From contig NIVC01001856.1 in NCBI GenBank assembly GCA_002269645.1, positions 165,695 through 229,694 on the forward strand: a stretch of 64,000 nt of DNA. Reading direction: 5' to 3'. The stretch's first letter is position 1; every line of letters begins with the position of its first letter. A model generated the notes under the pieces. The model was not told the DNA's origin and did not search any database. It was given only the letters and a program-made list of their open reading frames with translations. This DNA is from Macrostomum lignano. Lineage: Eukaryota. The translations under genes were made by a program, and so were the position numbers. Of the stretch, positions 1 to 11,352 are shown in pieces.

Positions 1-155
1 AACTGATGTTATGAAGCACTTTCTGTCACTAAAATGACAAAACTCACCAAATCTTTTAATTTTCTTCTTCAAAAAAGTTGTGTATCTATCATAAAAACAA
101 CATGTAACTGTAAAAACTATTTGTCATAAAATAAAAGGCACTGGTTGCAACTGCA

Positions 156-2017
156 AAAAAGGTCCTTTATTGTTGCAACACCTTATAGGCCCTTTTTGTA
201 AAACATGACTGCTAACTAAATGCAATTTCCATGGTGGCCAAAAAATGTTCCCACATGGCCTGCACATTTACAAGACTATGGGAACCAATATATAAATATA
301 TTAATTAAACCAGAGCCAATTGATTAGTTTGCTGTCTGTATCAACAATTATCTAGGATACCAAAAAAGCCCCAGACAATGGAGGCTAATAATTAAGTGAA
401 TAATGGAAAGGCGAGAATGAAAGTCTAAGATGTGGCAAAAAAGGCAGCTATGACAAAGGCTTCTATCTACAAAGGCCCTTAATGCAGGGCCATAGTGGCA
501 TAGATTGTGACCATTACTCTGGTGGGCTATAGGAGGCCTACTAATATATAAAGCATTGTAGCTATCAATGCATTGTCTATGTAAGTCCATTAGCTTATTG
601 AAATATGATTTTAAAAAGGCCAATAAATATAAACATAACAGAATATAGACATGAAAAGATTTATTCTTTAGATACTATTCCAGAATATGGAAATCAAGGA
701 AATTGTTAATAGAAAATTGTATCAATATTGCACTAAACTTCAACTAACTTTTCTCTAACATATATGCGCAACCTTGGAAATCACTTAGCCATTTCTATTG
801 GCAACACACACACACACACATGTAAGTCACTATTGGCTAAGAGCAATCACGTGATTACTATTTTGTCCAATAGCAACTTACATATATATGTTGCCAATAG
901 AAATGGCCAGATAGATCCCTAGGTTGCATCCAAGCATGGTGCAAACTATTAGAGTTAGGTCCCAATGGGCTCTCTTTGTAGTATATACCAAGCCCTATTT
1001 GGCTAACTTTTTGTACAAAGAAAAAGTTAAAATAATCATCTAGGCCTACAGCTTTTAAAAGTAAAACTAGTCAGTTTCAGTTAAACAATGAATGTCAATA
1101 ATTATTATCCAAAAGAATAATAATAAGTCTTGAAAATATATATAATAAGGCACATTTTTTTCTAGAAATGTTTAATATTTTATTGCTAAATTGAATTCCC
1201 ACCAAAAAAACATTTTAAAACATGATCATTTGTTTAAATATGTTATTTGTTCTACTTAGGTGAATTTTGTTTTAATTATGTAATCAATTTTGTTATGAAT
1301 AGAGTTTTGTTTTCATTGTGATTGGTCAGCCAATGGGAGTATTATTCAAGTAGTATAAATAAAAGCTAAATAAATACTAGAATACTTCAACCTTGGAAGT
1401 TACCCTACTAGTTAATCTTTATTTGGTTCAAACTAAAACTGAATAGTCTTTTGTCTTAAGTTATTTGAGGAATATTAAATTAATGATTGTTGAATGAAAC
1501 ATGATTGTGGGTTAGAAGAGCCATGTTGGATAGAATAAGGGCATTTTGCTAGCTAAATAAGCATTTTGCAATAAAAAGAGAAAGGCAGATTGCCCAGATA
1601 AGGTGGGAATTCCCCAGGAATAAGTAAACTGTTACAATTGAAATACAGGATGTATTGCTAAAAGTTGGAAATGACAGTATAAAAGCTAGAAACCCTTGGT
1701 CATTAATAATACTATATTGGACTATATAACTTAATAATTAGTAGTCAGCAATGTCTTGCCACTTAGGCACTGATGCTACTAGGGTAACTTGTACTGATAA
1801 TAGCCCATATATGTATATCTCTAGGATAGGACAATTAGACCTAGTACAAATTGGTGGCTAGTCCAACTAGTAGGAGTTAGATAGGGAAGACCATAGTCCA
1901 GATCATGCTAGGTGTACACCTAAACAAAAGTTTATATTTACAAATGAATGCTAAAAAAATGCAGTACACACCTATTCTTAAAACTCTGCCAATGTTGCAA
2001 CAATAAATGACCTTTTT
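156..2017. mobile_element. Possible decayed DNA-transposon-like segment bounded by 25-bp inverted repeats
   Basis: AAAAAGGTCCTTTATTGTTGCAACA (156-180) against TGTTGCAACAATAAATGACCTTTTT (1993-2017), 24/25 reverse-complement match. The interior is AT-rich, CpG-poor and has no recognisable ORF. Confidence 0.35.
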
Positions 2018-3708
2018 ACGTTGTGACAATAAATGACTTTTTTCATTGTGTAATAGATTCTTTTTGACATAATTTGATTAATTTTCCTATCTTTTCAGAG
2101 ATACAATTTATAATAGAAAATTGATATATGCAAAGATTTGTTTAAAAGCCTTATTACAAGCTTAAAAACCAGAAAGCATGAAATTTTGGCTTAAAATAAA
2201 CTTTTTTTCATGATTTTTCTACTTTACAATAACTCTTATGCATGATTCTATAAAGTGCATGCTAGGTGTATTTTCTTAGGAATGATGCATACCAACTGTG
2301 CAAAGCCAAAGCCAATGCACGCCTAAATTTTTGGCATTTACTAGATTATTCAGAGTATAGAGGGAAGAAATAGGTCTATAATAACTTAGAGTCAGTGATG
2401 AAATTTTAATAATTAGAGAAAAGTTTTGCTTTACAATATATATAAAAGAGGGAAATGTATATTCACTTATTAAAATTTAAATTTAAATTAAATTTACTTA
2501 TTTAAAAATAAGTAAATTGATAAAAAAAGCATTAAACAATTTGGTAATTTTGACTAGAGAAAAAATTAAAAAATTTAAATTTCATGCAAAATAAAGCTAT
2601 GTTCAAAGTCTTTCTAGATAAAACTAAGCCTGTGGTACAAAGAAAAAAGCTGAAGGCTATTACCAAAAGCCTCTTTAGCTTTTTATATGTAGGCCTAGGC
2701 CCTAGCCTAGCCTAGCGTAGCCTAAGTAGGTTATTAGATAGATATTCATAGAAAAATTACAATACCTAGTTAAAATTCAGCGGGTTGTGCAAGTATGATC
2801 TTAGTGAAATAGATGTATATATTCGACCTATACTAGGTCTACACAACCTGAGAAATGAGAATGAGATCATCTGTATCAGTTCTAACTTATGGTTCTATAC
2901 AATACACTAATGTCGTAATGACAATTTGGAATGAAAAAGGCCTATAAACTCAGTCATCAAAAGCTAGGCCTACATAAGGATAGTGGTATTAGCTAAGTTG
3001 AATAAGACTTTATAGATGACCTAAAGAAGGCTTAATAGACAAATGAAAAATAAAAGACTAGATAGATTTGTACTTTATGAAGGACGGATAAAAAAAGGCC
3101 TAACTTGTCACAAAAATGTTTATCAACAACAAGTCTAGATTTCGCACAAGTTTTACTTATGCTTGCCTTCCTCATTGTATAGTTTAAAAAATTCTGTGAC
3201 AGAGAATTTTGCTTAATTATATTTTACTACCTCTACAGTTCAATAAATTGTCGACTTTTGTTTTAATTTCTTTTATGAAATGGACCTAACCCCGCTAATG
3301 GATGCGTGAAATGTGGTTTAGGTCAGAACCCGAAGTCCATAAGTCGTCTATTATGTTGAGTAATCCCAGAAGCTACTTTCATTGTTTTCATTGTTGTTAC
3401 TTTCATTCAATTAGTGGCGTCATATTTCAAAATAAGTAATATACTTTTTATTTCTTAGCATTTTCAACACGTCCTCCTGTGCGAAAGGTTATTTGCTGAT
3501 TATTTAAAACGTAAATTAGTATAAGCATTATAAAAAAATAATTAAAAAATGAAAATGATAACCTGATGGCTAGACTTATTTGATTACCTTTGCTAAGCAG
3601 CATCCAATTATCACTATACACAGGACAATAGCAAACATGTCGGGAGCCACCTATTTATCGAACGGATAATTAATTTTGTAATTACGCTAAATTTGCATAG
3701 ATACAAAG

Positions 3709-3910
3709 GACAAGCGGAGGGTGCTGAAGGATTGAAGGCATGGGGAAGGGGCAAGCGGAGGGTGCTGAAGGATTGAAGGCATGCGGAAGGGGCAAGCGGA
3801 GGGTGCTGAAGGATTGAAGGCATGGGGAAGGGGCAAGCGGAGGGTGCTGAAGGATTGAAGGCATGGGGAAGGGGCAAGCGGAGGGTGCTGAAGGATTGAA
3901 GGCATGGGGA
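3709..3910. repeat. 41-bp minisatellite (about 5 units)
   Basis: Unit GGGGAAGGGGCAAGCGGAGGGTGCTGAAGGATTGAAGGCAT, identical to the 5341 array. Confidence 0.95.
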
Positions 3911-4731
3911 ACTATACACAATAGCAACATGTCGGGGCCACCTATTTGTCGAACGGATAATTAATTTTGTAATTACGCTAAATTACAAGCGGTCCTGGCC
4001 TTTTTAGTTTTTTTTCGTTTTCCCCTATCCAAATCTCTTTAATTATTCTCCCTGTCGACTGGACACACAGTCCTCGTACCCTGGGAATCTAGGCGGATAC
4101 CGCGGGGATGACACATTCCGATGAGTCGTACCCAAAGATCATATATACACAAGGTGGGCCACTCATTAATCACTTATGTGACCATAGAGGCTATAATGTG
4201 AATACATAATTTTTCACAAATTTTGCACTTGAACATAATTTTGCAACTCGCGACAGCGCGAAAATCAACTACTGAACTCAATTTCGTCAGTAGTCTCTGC
4301 AGTGCAGGGAATATAAGATCTATGGTCGTACCCTACACCACCAGCTTCCTCCATTCAAAACACCCCATCGGCGCTCTTTGTTTGAAACCATTCATGCATA
4401 AAAAAATTTCCACACCCTCCAATCCTCCTATCCATAAATTTACATTTCCACACCAATGTAAATTATAATTTTAATCTCTGTGTAAAAATTCAAAACAGCG
4501 CGCGCTTTTCGAACCTCGATGACAATGTAAATAATCAATTTGATGACCCTAGAATAAGGAAAATAGGGTAAATTATTGTTAACTTTGTCTAAATTACTGC
4601 ACACATCAATTCGATGATTTAAAAACTGCATTTAAGTAGTCAATGAAGCACGAGCGTAAGTGGAACTGATCAGTCCAACAGATAAACCGACTTGAGTTGA
4701 TTTTGATCAATTTCGATCTATTTAACCATAA

Positions 4732-4956
4732 TCAATATGTCATATTTTCGTAAACAAGGCGGCAGAGGAAAGCTAGTTTATTCGTAGTCAGTTTCAGATT
4801 GCACTGTCTAAATGCCTTCATGACGCAGTCGCCGCAGTCGTCAGGGAGCAAGATCGAACATTTAAGTGAAATACTCTTATCTGCGCAGCTGGCCTCCACT
4901 CGGTGCAGGAGTAGGCAGGCGGCTAACATGAACGTCAAGTTGAAGAGTCGAAGCAT
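4732..4956 (-). CDS. Small secreted cysteine-rich peptide, paralog A (74 aa; signal peptide + 6-Cys mature region)
   Basis: ATG at 4956 gives MLRLFNLTFMLAACLLLHRVEA|SCADKSISLKCSILLPDDCGDCVMKAFRQCNLKLTTNKLAFLCRLVYENMTY*. Hydrophobic N-terminus ending in V-E-A. Indel-free paralog at 9928-10149 with all Cys conserved. AG acceptor 2 nt upstream of the ATG in both copies. Confidence 0.7.
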   Translation of the reverse strand: MLRLFNLTFMLAACLLLHRVEASCADKSISLKCSILLPDDCGDCVMKAFRQCNLKLTTNKLAFLCRLVYENMTY

Positions 4957-5340
4957 ATCTGCAATTTGCTGCAAGAGGTGGCGATTGGTTTTATTAGCAA
5001 GATAATAAATCAATTAGTTGACAGGTATTAGAATTAAGCCGCTCACCTTTTTGGTACTCGTATTATGGTTTCCTATACAAGAGTAGAAATTTCTTCCGTT
5101 TAAATCAGGCTCTTCAAATTTAGGAATAGGAATTATTTATGTTAGTTTAGTTTTCTCGACCAAGCACAAGCAAAACTTTTATATACTGTAAAGACATTTT
5201 TGCCTGCAAGGAATGCGCAAAGCTACTGAATTGTCTATGGAAAATCCAACTTGAAAAGTTACAAAAATCGATTTTTTTCGTTTCCAAAGTTTCCTGGCCC
5301 AAGGCAAGGTTTGTTGAAATTTTTATGCCAAATTTTACTG

Positions 5341-5880
5341 GAAACGAATGGTGCTGAAGGATTGAAGGCATGGGGAAGGGGCAAGCGGAGGGTGCTGAAG
5401 GATTGAAGGCATGGGGAAGGGGCAAGCGGAGGGTGCTGAAGGATTGAAGGCATGGGGAAGGGGCAAGCGGAGGGTGCTGAAGGATTGAAGGCATGGGGAA
5501 GGGGCAAGCGGAGGGTGCTGAAAGATTGAAGGCATGGGGAAGGGCAAGCGGAGGGTGCTGAAGGATTGAAGGCATGGGGAAGGGGCAAGCGGAGGGTGCT
5601 GAAGGATTGAAGGCATGGGGAAGGGGCAAGCGGAGGGTGCTGAAAGATTGAAGGCATAGGGAAGGGCAAGCGGATGGTGCTGAAGGATTGAAGGCATGGG
5701 GAAGGGGCAAGCGGAGGGTGCTGAAGGATTGAAGGCATAGGGAAGGGGCAAGCGGAGGGTGCTGAAGGATTGAAGGCATGGGGAAGGGGCAAGCGGAGGG
5801 TGCTGAAGGATTGAAGGCATGGGGAAGGGGCAAGCGGAGGGTGCTGAAGGATTGAAGGCATAGGGAAGGGGCAAGCGGTG
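5341..5880. repeat. 41-bp minisatellite (about 13 units)
   Basis: Same unit as 3709-3910. Confidence 0.95.
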
Positions 5881-7106
5881 GTTGATAGACAACTGATAAT
5901 CTTCAGTAGCCAATCGATGCGAACGGGGGCTTCACGGAGCAAAACAGTGCCCCCCCCAAAAAAAAAATTAAAAGCAGACCAACAATCCAGAGTTTTATTC
6001 ATCCATGGTTTAACTCAAGACTAAATACCTAAGTGTATTGATATTGGTCTAACTTTTCTAAAGCAGGATGAATATACAAAATTTTATCGTACATGTACAT
6101 GAACTGTATTGTATATCGTACGGCATACTACTTTTATTGACTGTTTGTTATTTAGTACGATTTAATTAATATCGGTTTTCATGCATGTTTTAAGGCGTTG
6201 GGTCCCAATCCCAGTTAGTATCCACAGTGATACATACGACTGCCACTCTGAACCGAGCCACCAGGCCTCGTCCCTTAGACTTTGTCCGCCTCTGGATGGT
6301 GCGGTAGCTGACGTTGCGGCCAAGATCTATAGACATATCTATAGACATATCTATAGACAGCGGGCCCGGGTTGTTTGAAAGTACACGCCAGAGGCACGGC
6401 TGTCACCAGTCACCTGTGCAGGAGTACACCCGGTGAAAACTCCCACTAACGAGACGGGACTCCCGGTGTGTAGCAGACGAAGGTTCTTGACCCCAACTGT
6501 GCCAGAAATGGCCGATTAAGGGACTCTATGCGAGGCATACAAGGACAGTCAGTGCTGGAAACGAGGACTTTTGCATAGGGGGGGGGGTCTTTTACCTGGT
6601 GAGCGGTTTTAGACTACAATTCCCTCCTAAGCACCAGGATTCCAAGGGTGGATAATACGTAACGCCATCCTAATGTTTTCTCCCTCTTAGATGGGCTCGA
6701 TGCGGCAGGGGATGGGGAAGTGCAGATCCCAGGGCTCTCTCGTGGTGCACATTCTACGGGGACTTATTTAGAAGTATTTTTAATGCTATACGATTATTTG
6801 GTAAAATTCGACTTATACTCGGTGATTCTCCACTCTGATCCTCAGCTTCCATTCCGTGCCCTGCGACAGACGCACTCACTATTCACATTTCATACCACGT
6901 CCATAGTAAATAAGTAAACAGACAGAAGCAAACAAACTGAATATCTATGCCCTGAACTGCCGGCCTTGAACTTGGCCTTAACCGCTCAGTTAATTATGAG
7001 AATTAAAACGGAATTGATAAGTTAAGATTGAAAAATTAGGAGATGATAACCAACGGGGGGCGGGCTGATCATTCCTAAGGACAGCGCAACAGAAAAAAGA
7101 TACCTT

Positions 7107-8530
7107 GCTGCTGTTGTTGTTGTTGTTGTTTCCGGCCGGTCAGTCCGGGGGGCGGGTCTGTGCCCCGACCTTCTTCAGAAAGTCCACCATCCGCCTGCAA
7201 CTGTCGTTGAGCGCTTGTAGGCTCGGGTTATTGCCAAGGTGCCGGGCTCTGGCTTGTTGATGTGCACGGCAGATCTTTATGAGATGATCCTGGTCCTCGT
7301 CGGCTTCGCCGCAGTGCAGGCACGTTGGGCTGTCAGCTTGGCCGATGCGGTGGCGGTACTACTGGAGCAAGGGAGAGTGACCGGTGCGGAGCTGAGCAAG
7401 TGTAATCTCGTCTTTTCTGGTGAGCTGTCCTTTAGGTCTGGCGCCGCTGCCAGTGGTTAGGCGGTGCGTGGTGCAATGCAGGTCCGTGCTGTAATCTGCT
7501 TTGAAACGGGACTTGGCGGAGCGGTCAATCGCCGCTGTAGCCGCAGCCAGGCTGATTTAGAGTGGGACTGATCAAGAGTCGAGCCGGCTTTGACTGTCAC
7601 GTCCGCGCATTCGTTGAATTGGAGTCCAGCATGGCCAGGCACCCATTGAAGGTCAATGTGCGTTGAGGTCGAGATCGAGAAGAGGAGCTCCCAAGTCGTG
7701 CAGCAGCCCCGAGATCGCGCTTTCGCAGGGCCTTGTTGGAGGGAGAGAAGGAACGATTGGGAGTCAGTGAGGCACCTGATGCGGTTTGGCATTTGAGCCG
7801 AGTAGACGCGAATGATCGCAGAGAGGCCGAGGCGAAGGGCTTCCTCTTCGGCCTGAAAAGAGGAAGTGATGATCCCGGCTGGGCCAGTGATCTTTTCCAC
7901 TACGGTCCGGTTTCGTACAATAGTTACCCCGGTGCCGCCGCCATAGGTGCCGTCCTTAGCCGAGCCGTCCGTCCAGATCTCGACATCCGCAACCGAGAGC
8001 TGGTCGAGCGTCTCGAGGACGGCGAGTTTGCGGATGTGAGGCGGGTCCTCCTGGTTCGTGCTGTTGTTCGTGTTCCTGTAGATGATCACTCTGGACGTAT
8101 CTGTCCATGGCGGCGGTGAGAGGGTGTCTGTGGCGCGCGGGGCTTTGAGAAGGCCGGCGGCCGTGGAGACGTTGATGGCCGTGTTGCGCCAGTCTTGGCA
8201 AACGCTACTTGTTGTCCGTGAGCCCGTAGGCGCGGTCGCAAGGCGAGAGAGCGGAGTGGGCTGTCGTTGCCGGGCGGCCTTTTTGAATAGCCTAGCGGCC
8301 GTGGCTTTCGCGAGGGTCGTCAGGGGGAACAGCTCTGCTTCAGTGAGAAGGGCGTTAGTCGGCGTGGAGCGGCAGCACCGTGTGCATTGAGGCGCTTCTG
8401 CATGGTGCCTTTGGTGATAGTGGCGTGTTGGCGGAAGGTGAGCTGGGAGTTAAAGTGGACTCCGAGTAGGCGCGGATTTCGTCGAAGCAGGGCTGCTTGT
8501 CACAGTGGTTGCACGGTGGCGGCTGCAGTC
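7107..8530 (-). mobile_element. 5'-truncated, internally deleted Ingi/I-group non-LTR retrotransposon (RT thumb, RNase H, CCHC knuckle, (CAA)n tail)
   Basis: Minus strand reads NPRLLGVHFNSQLTFRQH, TRCCRSTPTNALLTEAEL, RNase H IWTDGSA..SSFQAEEEAL..LTDSQS..LQWVPGHAGLQFNECAD, then LAQLRTGHSPLL..CLHCGEADEDQDHLIKIC, followed by the (GTT)n run at about 7113-7131. Stops and frameshifts are present. Confidence 0.85.
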
Positions 8531-8645
8531 ATGGACCATCAATCCAGAAGAGACACGTCCGGGGGGGATGTTAAAGCCGAGAGAAGTTATAGCTTCGGAA
8601 ACGGAAACAGTGAAGGGTTCTCCGCTCAGGGCTCAGAAGAGCTCT

Positions 8646-8780
8646 TATTTATAGCCCTGAGATCGTGAGCCTGATGCGTGATATCGAAGGCTGTGACTTG
8701 TCCTTGACCTCCGTTACCAAGCAAACCTGATGACGTCACCCGTCAGCCGCGCTGTGATTGGACGAGAAATTGGGGTGGGA
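8646..8780 (-). promoter_or_regulatory. Pol II promoter-like cluster (CCAAT, CRE, TATA)
   Basis: Minus strand order: CCAAT (8757-8761), palindromic TGACGTCA (8731-8738), TATAAATA (8646-8653). Confidence 0.35.
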
Positions 8781-9419
8781 CGCAGCGAAGAAAAATGATT
8801 TATGAAGGGGAATTACATAACAGACAGGAAAAGGCTTGGGGAGATAGGGGTCATAAAACTGTCACACGCATGAATGATTTCGAACAATACATGTAGAAAG
8901 GAGGTGGGGTTGGTGCGCGGGGGAGTGGGGTGGGCGATAAGCATGAGTCATCGTGATCACATGGGAAGGATGTAGGGTCCGCAAAAATTAGTGGGGGCCC
9001 ATGACGTGCCTACATCAGTTTGTTAAAAATGTAGAATATCTTTCTATGAGTCGCACCGTTTCTACCCACCTTCCTCATTCTCTTCAACCACCCTATCTCC
9101 GCTCTTTGTTTGAAAATATTCATGCAGAACAAATTTTCAACGCTTCTTATCTCTGGAATGTAAATTATATTTAATATCTCTATGCAAAATTTCGAATTCG
9201 CGCGCTTTTCGAGCCTCCTTTGCTGCGACCTCCAACCCATTTTTTAGCCAATCAGAGCAGGGCTGGTGCTCAGTTGCTAGACAACGCGGTTCACAGACGG
9301 GTCACGGATGGGTCACGGACGGGTCACGGACGGGTTACGGACGGGTCACGGTTACTCTTCCACTTCTTGGACAACCAATCCAAATGCCCGCGCTACCTTC
9401 GAGTTCCCTGTGTGTATTA

Positions 9420-9670
9420 GTTTAGCTTAGAAGGAATGAGCTCTGTGTGCACCCTGGCGCACATCCGGCGAGAGGCATTGCTGCCCATTCCGCCGACTCC
9501 CCTGAGCAGGCACACAAGCGCGCGGATACGTACGCAGTCATACGCACAGGCATACACTCACACAGTGTACAGCGGCCCTAACTTTATTTATCGTTAGGCA
9601 TGTACACTTCACTGTGCCTTGGGGGTTGGCCCTCAAGCTGGTCGTTACCTGGTAATTGCACGAGCAGACA
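9420..9670 (-). mobile_element. SINE family A, headless copy
   Basis: The reverse complement matches the central and 3' parts of 28050-28240 (CACAGTGAAGTGTACATGCCTAACGATAAATAAAGTTAGGGCCGCTGTACAC..GGGGAGTCGGCGGAATGGGC). Confidence 0.75.
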
Positions 9671-9927
9671 CAACAATGAACTACAATGATCGCTTATTGG
9701 GCTTAAACTCATTTTTAAGATAGGAAAATGAGATATGAGCGTATTTATGTCAACTTTTGACAAAATTTGACACACGTCGATCCGATATCATTTCAAAAAC
9801 TGCAGTACGTAGCCAATAAAGTGCGAGTGTAAATCAAACTGAAAGTTCTACATATTCAAACTGTGTGCCTTAACTCTGATCAGTTTTGATTTATTTCAAA
9901 CATTCAAATATACGAGAGCTCATTGTC

Positions 9928-10149
9928 TCATTGTACGGTTGAATTTGCCGCATCGCAGAGAAAAGCTATTTTTCGAGACGCCAGTTTCAGATTGCACTGT
10001 TCAAATGACTCCATGACGCAGTCGCCGCAGTCGTCAGGGAGCAAGATCGAACATTTAAGTAAAATACTCTTATCTGTGCAGCTGGCCTCCACTCCGTGCA
10101 GCAGCAGGCAGGCGGATAACAGCAAGGTCAAGTTTAGGAGTCGAAGCAT
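9928..10149 (-). CDS. Small secreted cysteine-rich peptide, paralog B (73 aa)
   Basis: MLRLLNLTLLLSACLLLHGVEA|SCTDKSILLKCSILLPDDCGDCVMESFEQCNLKLASRKIAFLCDAANSTVQ*. 51/65 residues identical to paralog A up to the last Cys, same C-x8-C-x7-C-x2-C-x7-C-x12-C spacing. Confidence 0.7.
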   Translation of the reverse strand: MLRLLNLTLLLSACLLLHGVEASCTDKSILLKCSILLPDDCGDCVMESFEQCNLKLASRKIAFLCDAANSTVQ

Positions 10150-10539
10150 ATCTGTAATTTGTTGCAAGCAAGTGCCGATTGATTTATTAGCAATAGAACA
10201 AATCGACAGGAATAAGCGGCTGCCTAAAAATTTCTTTCATTTAAATTGACTACTCAAATTTTGAGGACACTGTAGATTTATAAAGATCTAACTCCAGCAA
10301 AAAAGCTAATTCTATACCTAAGGAATTTCTGAAATTCTAAATAGGAATTATCTGTGTTAGTTTAGGTTTCTCGGTTAAACACAAGCTAAGCTTCTGTAGT
10401 GCAAAAACATATTTTTGCTTGCAAGGAATGAGCAAAGCTGTCTTTGAAAAAATCCAATATGGAGAGCTACTGAAATCGATTTTTTTAGCTTCCAAACGTT
10501 TTCTGCGCTCGATGCAAATGAAAATGTTATTGGAAACGA

Positions 10540-11352
10540 AGGGGAAGGGGTAAGCGGTGGGTGCAGAAGGATTGAGGGCGTGTGCAGTGGAATAGGTAAG
10601 TGGTGGGTGCTGAAGGATTGAGGGCGTGTGCAGTGGAATAGGTAAGCGGTGGGTGCTGAAGGATTGAGGGCATGTGCAGTGGAATAGGTAAGCGGTGGGT
10701 GCTGAAGGATTGAGGGCATGTGCAGTGGAATAGGTAAACGGTGGGTGCTGAAGGATTGGGGGCATGTGCAGTGGAATAGGTAAGCGGTGGTTGCTGAAGG
10801 ATTGAGGGCATGTGCAGTGGAATAGGTAAGCGGTGGGTGCTGAAGGATTGAGGGCATGTGCAGTGGAATAGGTAAGCGGTGGGTGCTGAAGGATTGAGGG
10901 CATGTGCAGTGGAATAGGTAAGCGGTGGGTGCTGAAGGATTGAGGGCATGTGCAGTGGAATAGGTAAGCGGTGGGTGCTGAAGGATTGAGGGCATGTGCA
11001 GTGGAATAGGTAAGTGGTGGGTGCTGAAGGATTGGAGGCGTGTGCAGTGGAATAGGTAAGTGGTGGTTGCTGAAGGATTGGAGGCGTGTGCAGTGGAATA
11101 GGTAAGTGGTGGTTGCTGAAGGATTGAGGGCGTGTGCAGTGGAATAGGTAAGTGGTGGGTGCTGAAGGATTGAGGGCATGTGCAGTGGAATAGGTAAGTG
11201 GTGGTTGCTGAAGGATTGAGGGCATGTGCAGTGGAATAGGTAAGTGGTGGTTGCTGAAGGATTGAGGGCATGTGCAGTGGAATAGGTAAGCGGTGGGTGC
11301 TGAAGGATTGAGGGCATGTGCAGTGGAATAGGTAAGCGGTGGTTGCTGAAGG
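10540..11352. repeat. 46-bp minisatellite related to the 41-bp family
   Basis: Unit GCGGTGGGTGCTGAAGGATTGAGGGCATGTGCAGTGGAATAGGTAA. Confidence 0.95.

Noticed and set aside
6181-6720. GC-richer segment resembling a TE 5' UTR or SINE
   Set aside because: No second copy in the window, no clear A/B boxes and no coding motif, so it cannot be supported.
8726-8775. Possible hammerhead ribozyme (CTGATGA..GAAA), as found in Penelope-like elements
   Set aside because: I could not form the required stems I-III around the core. It is better explained as a CRE-containing promoter-like tract.
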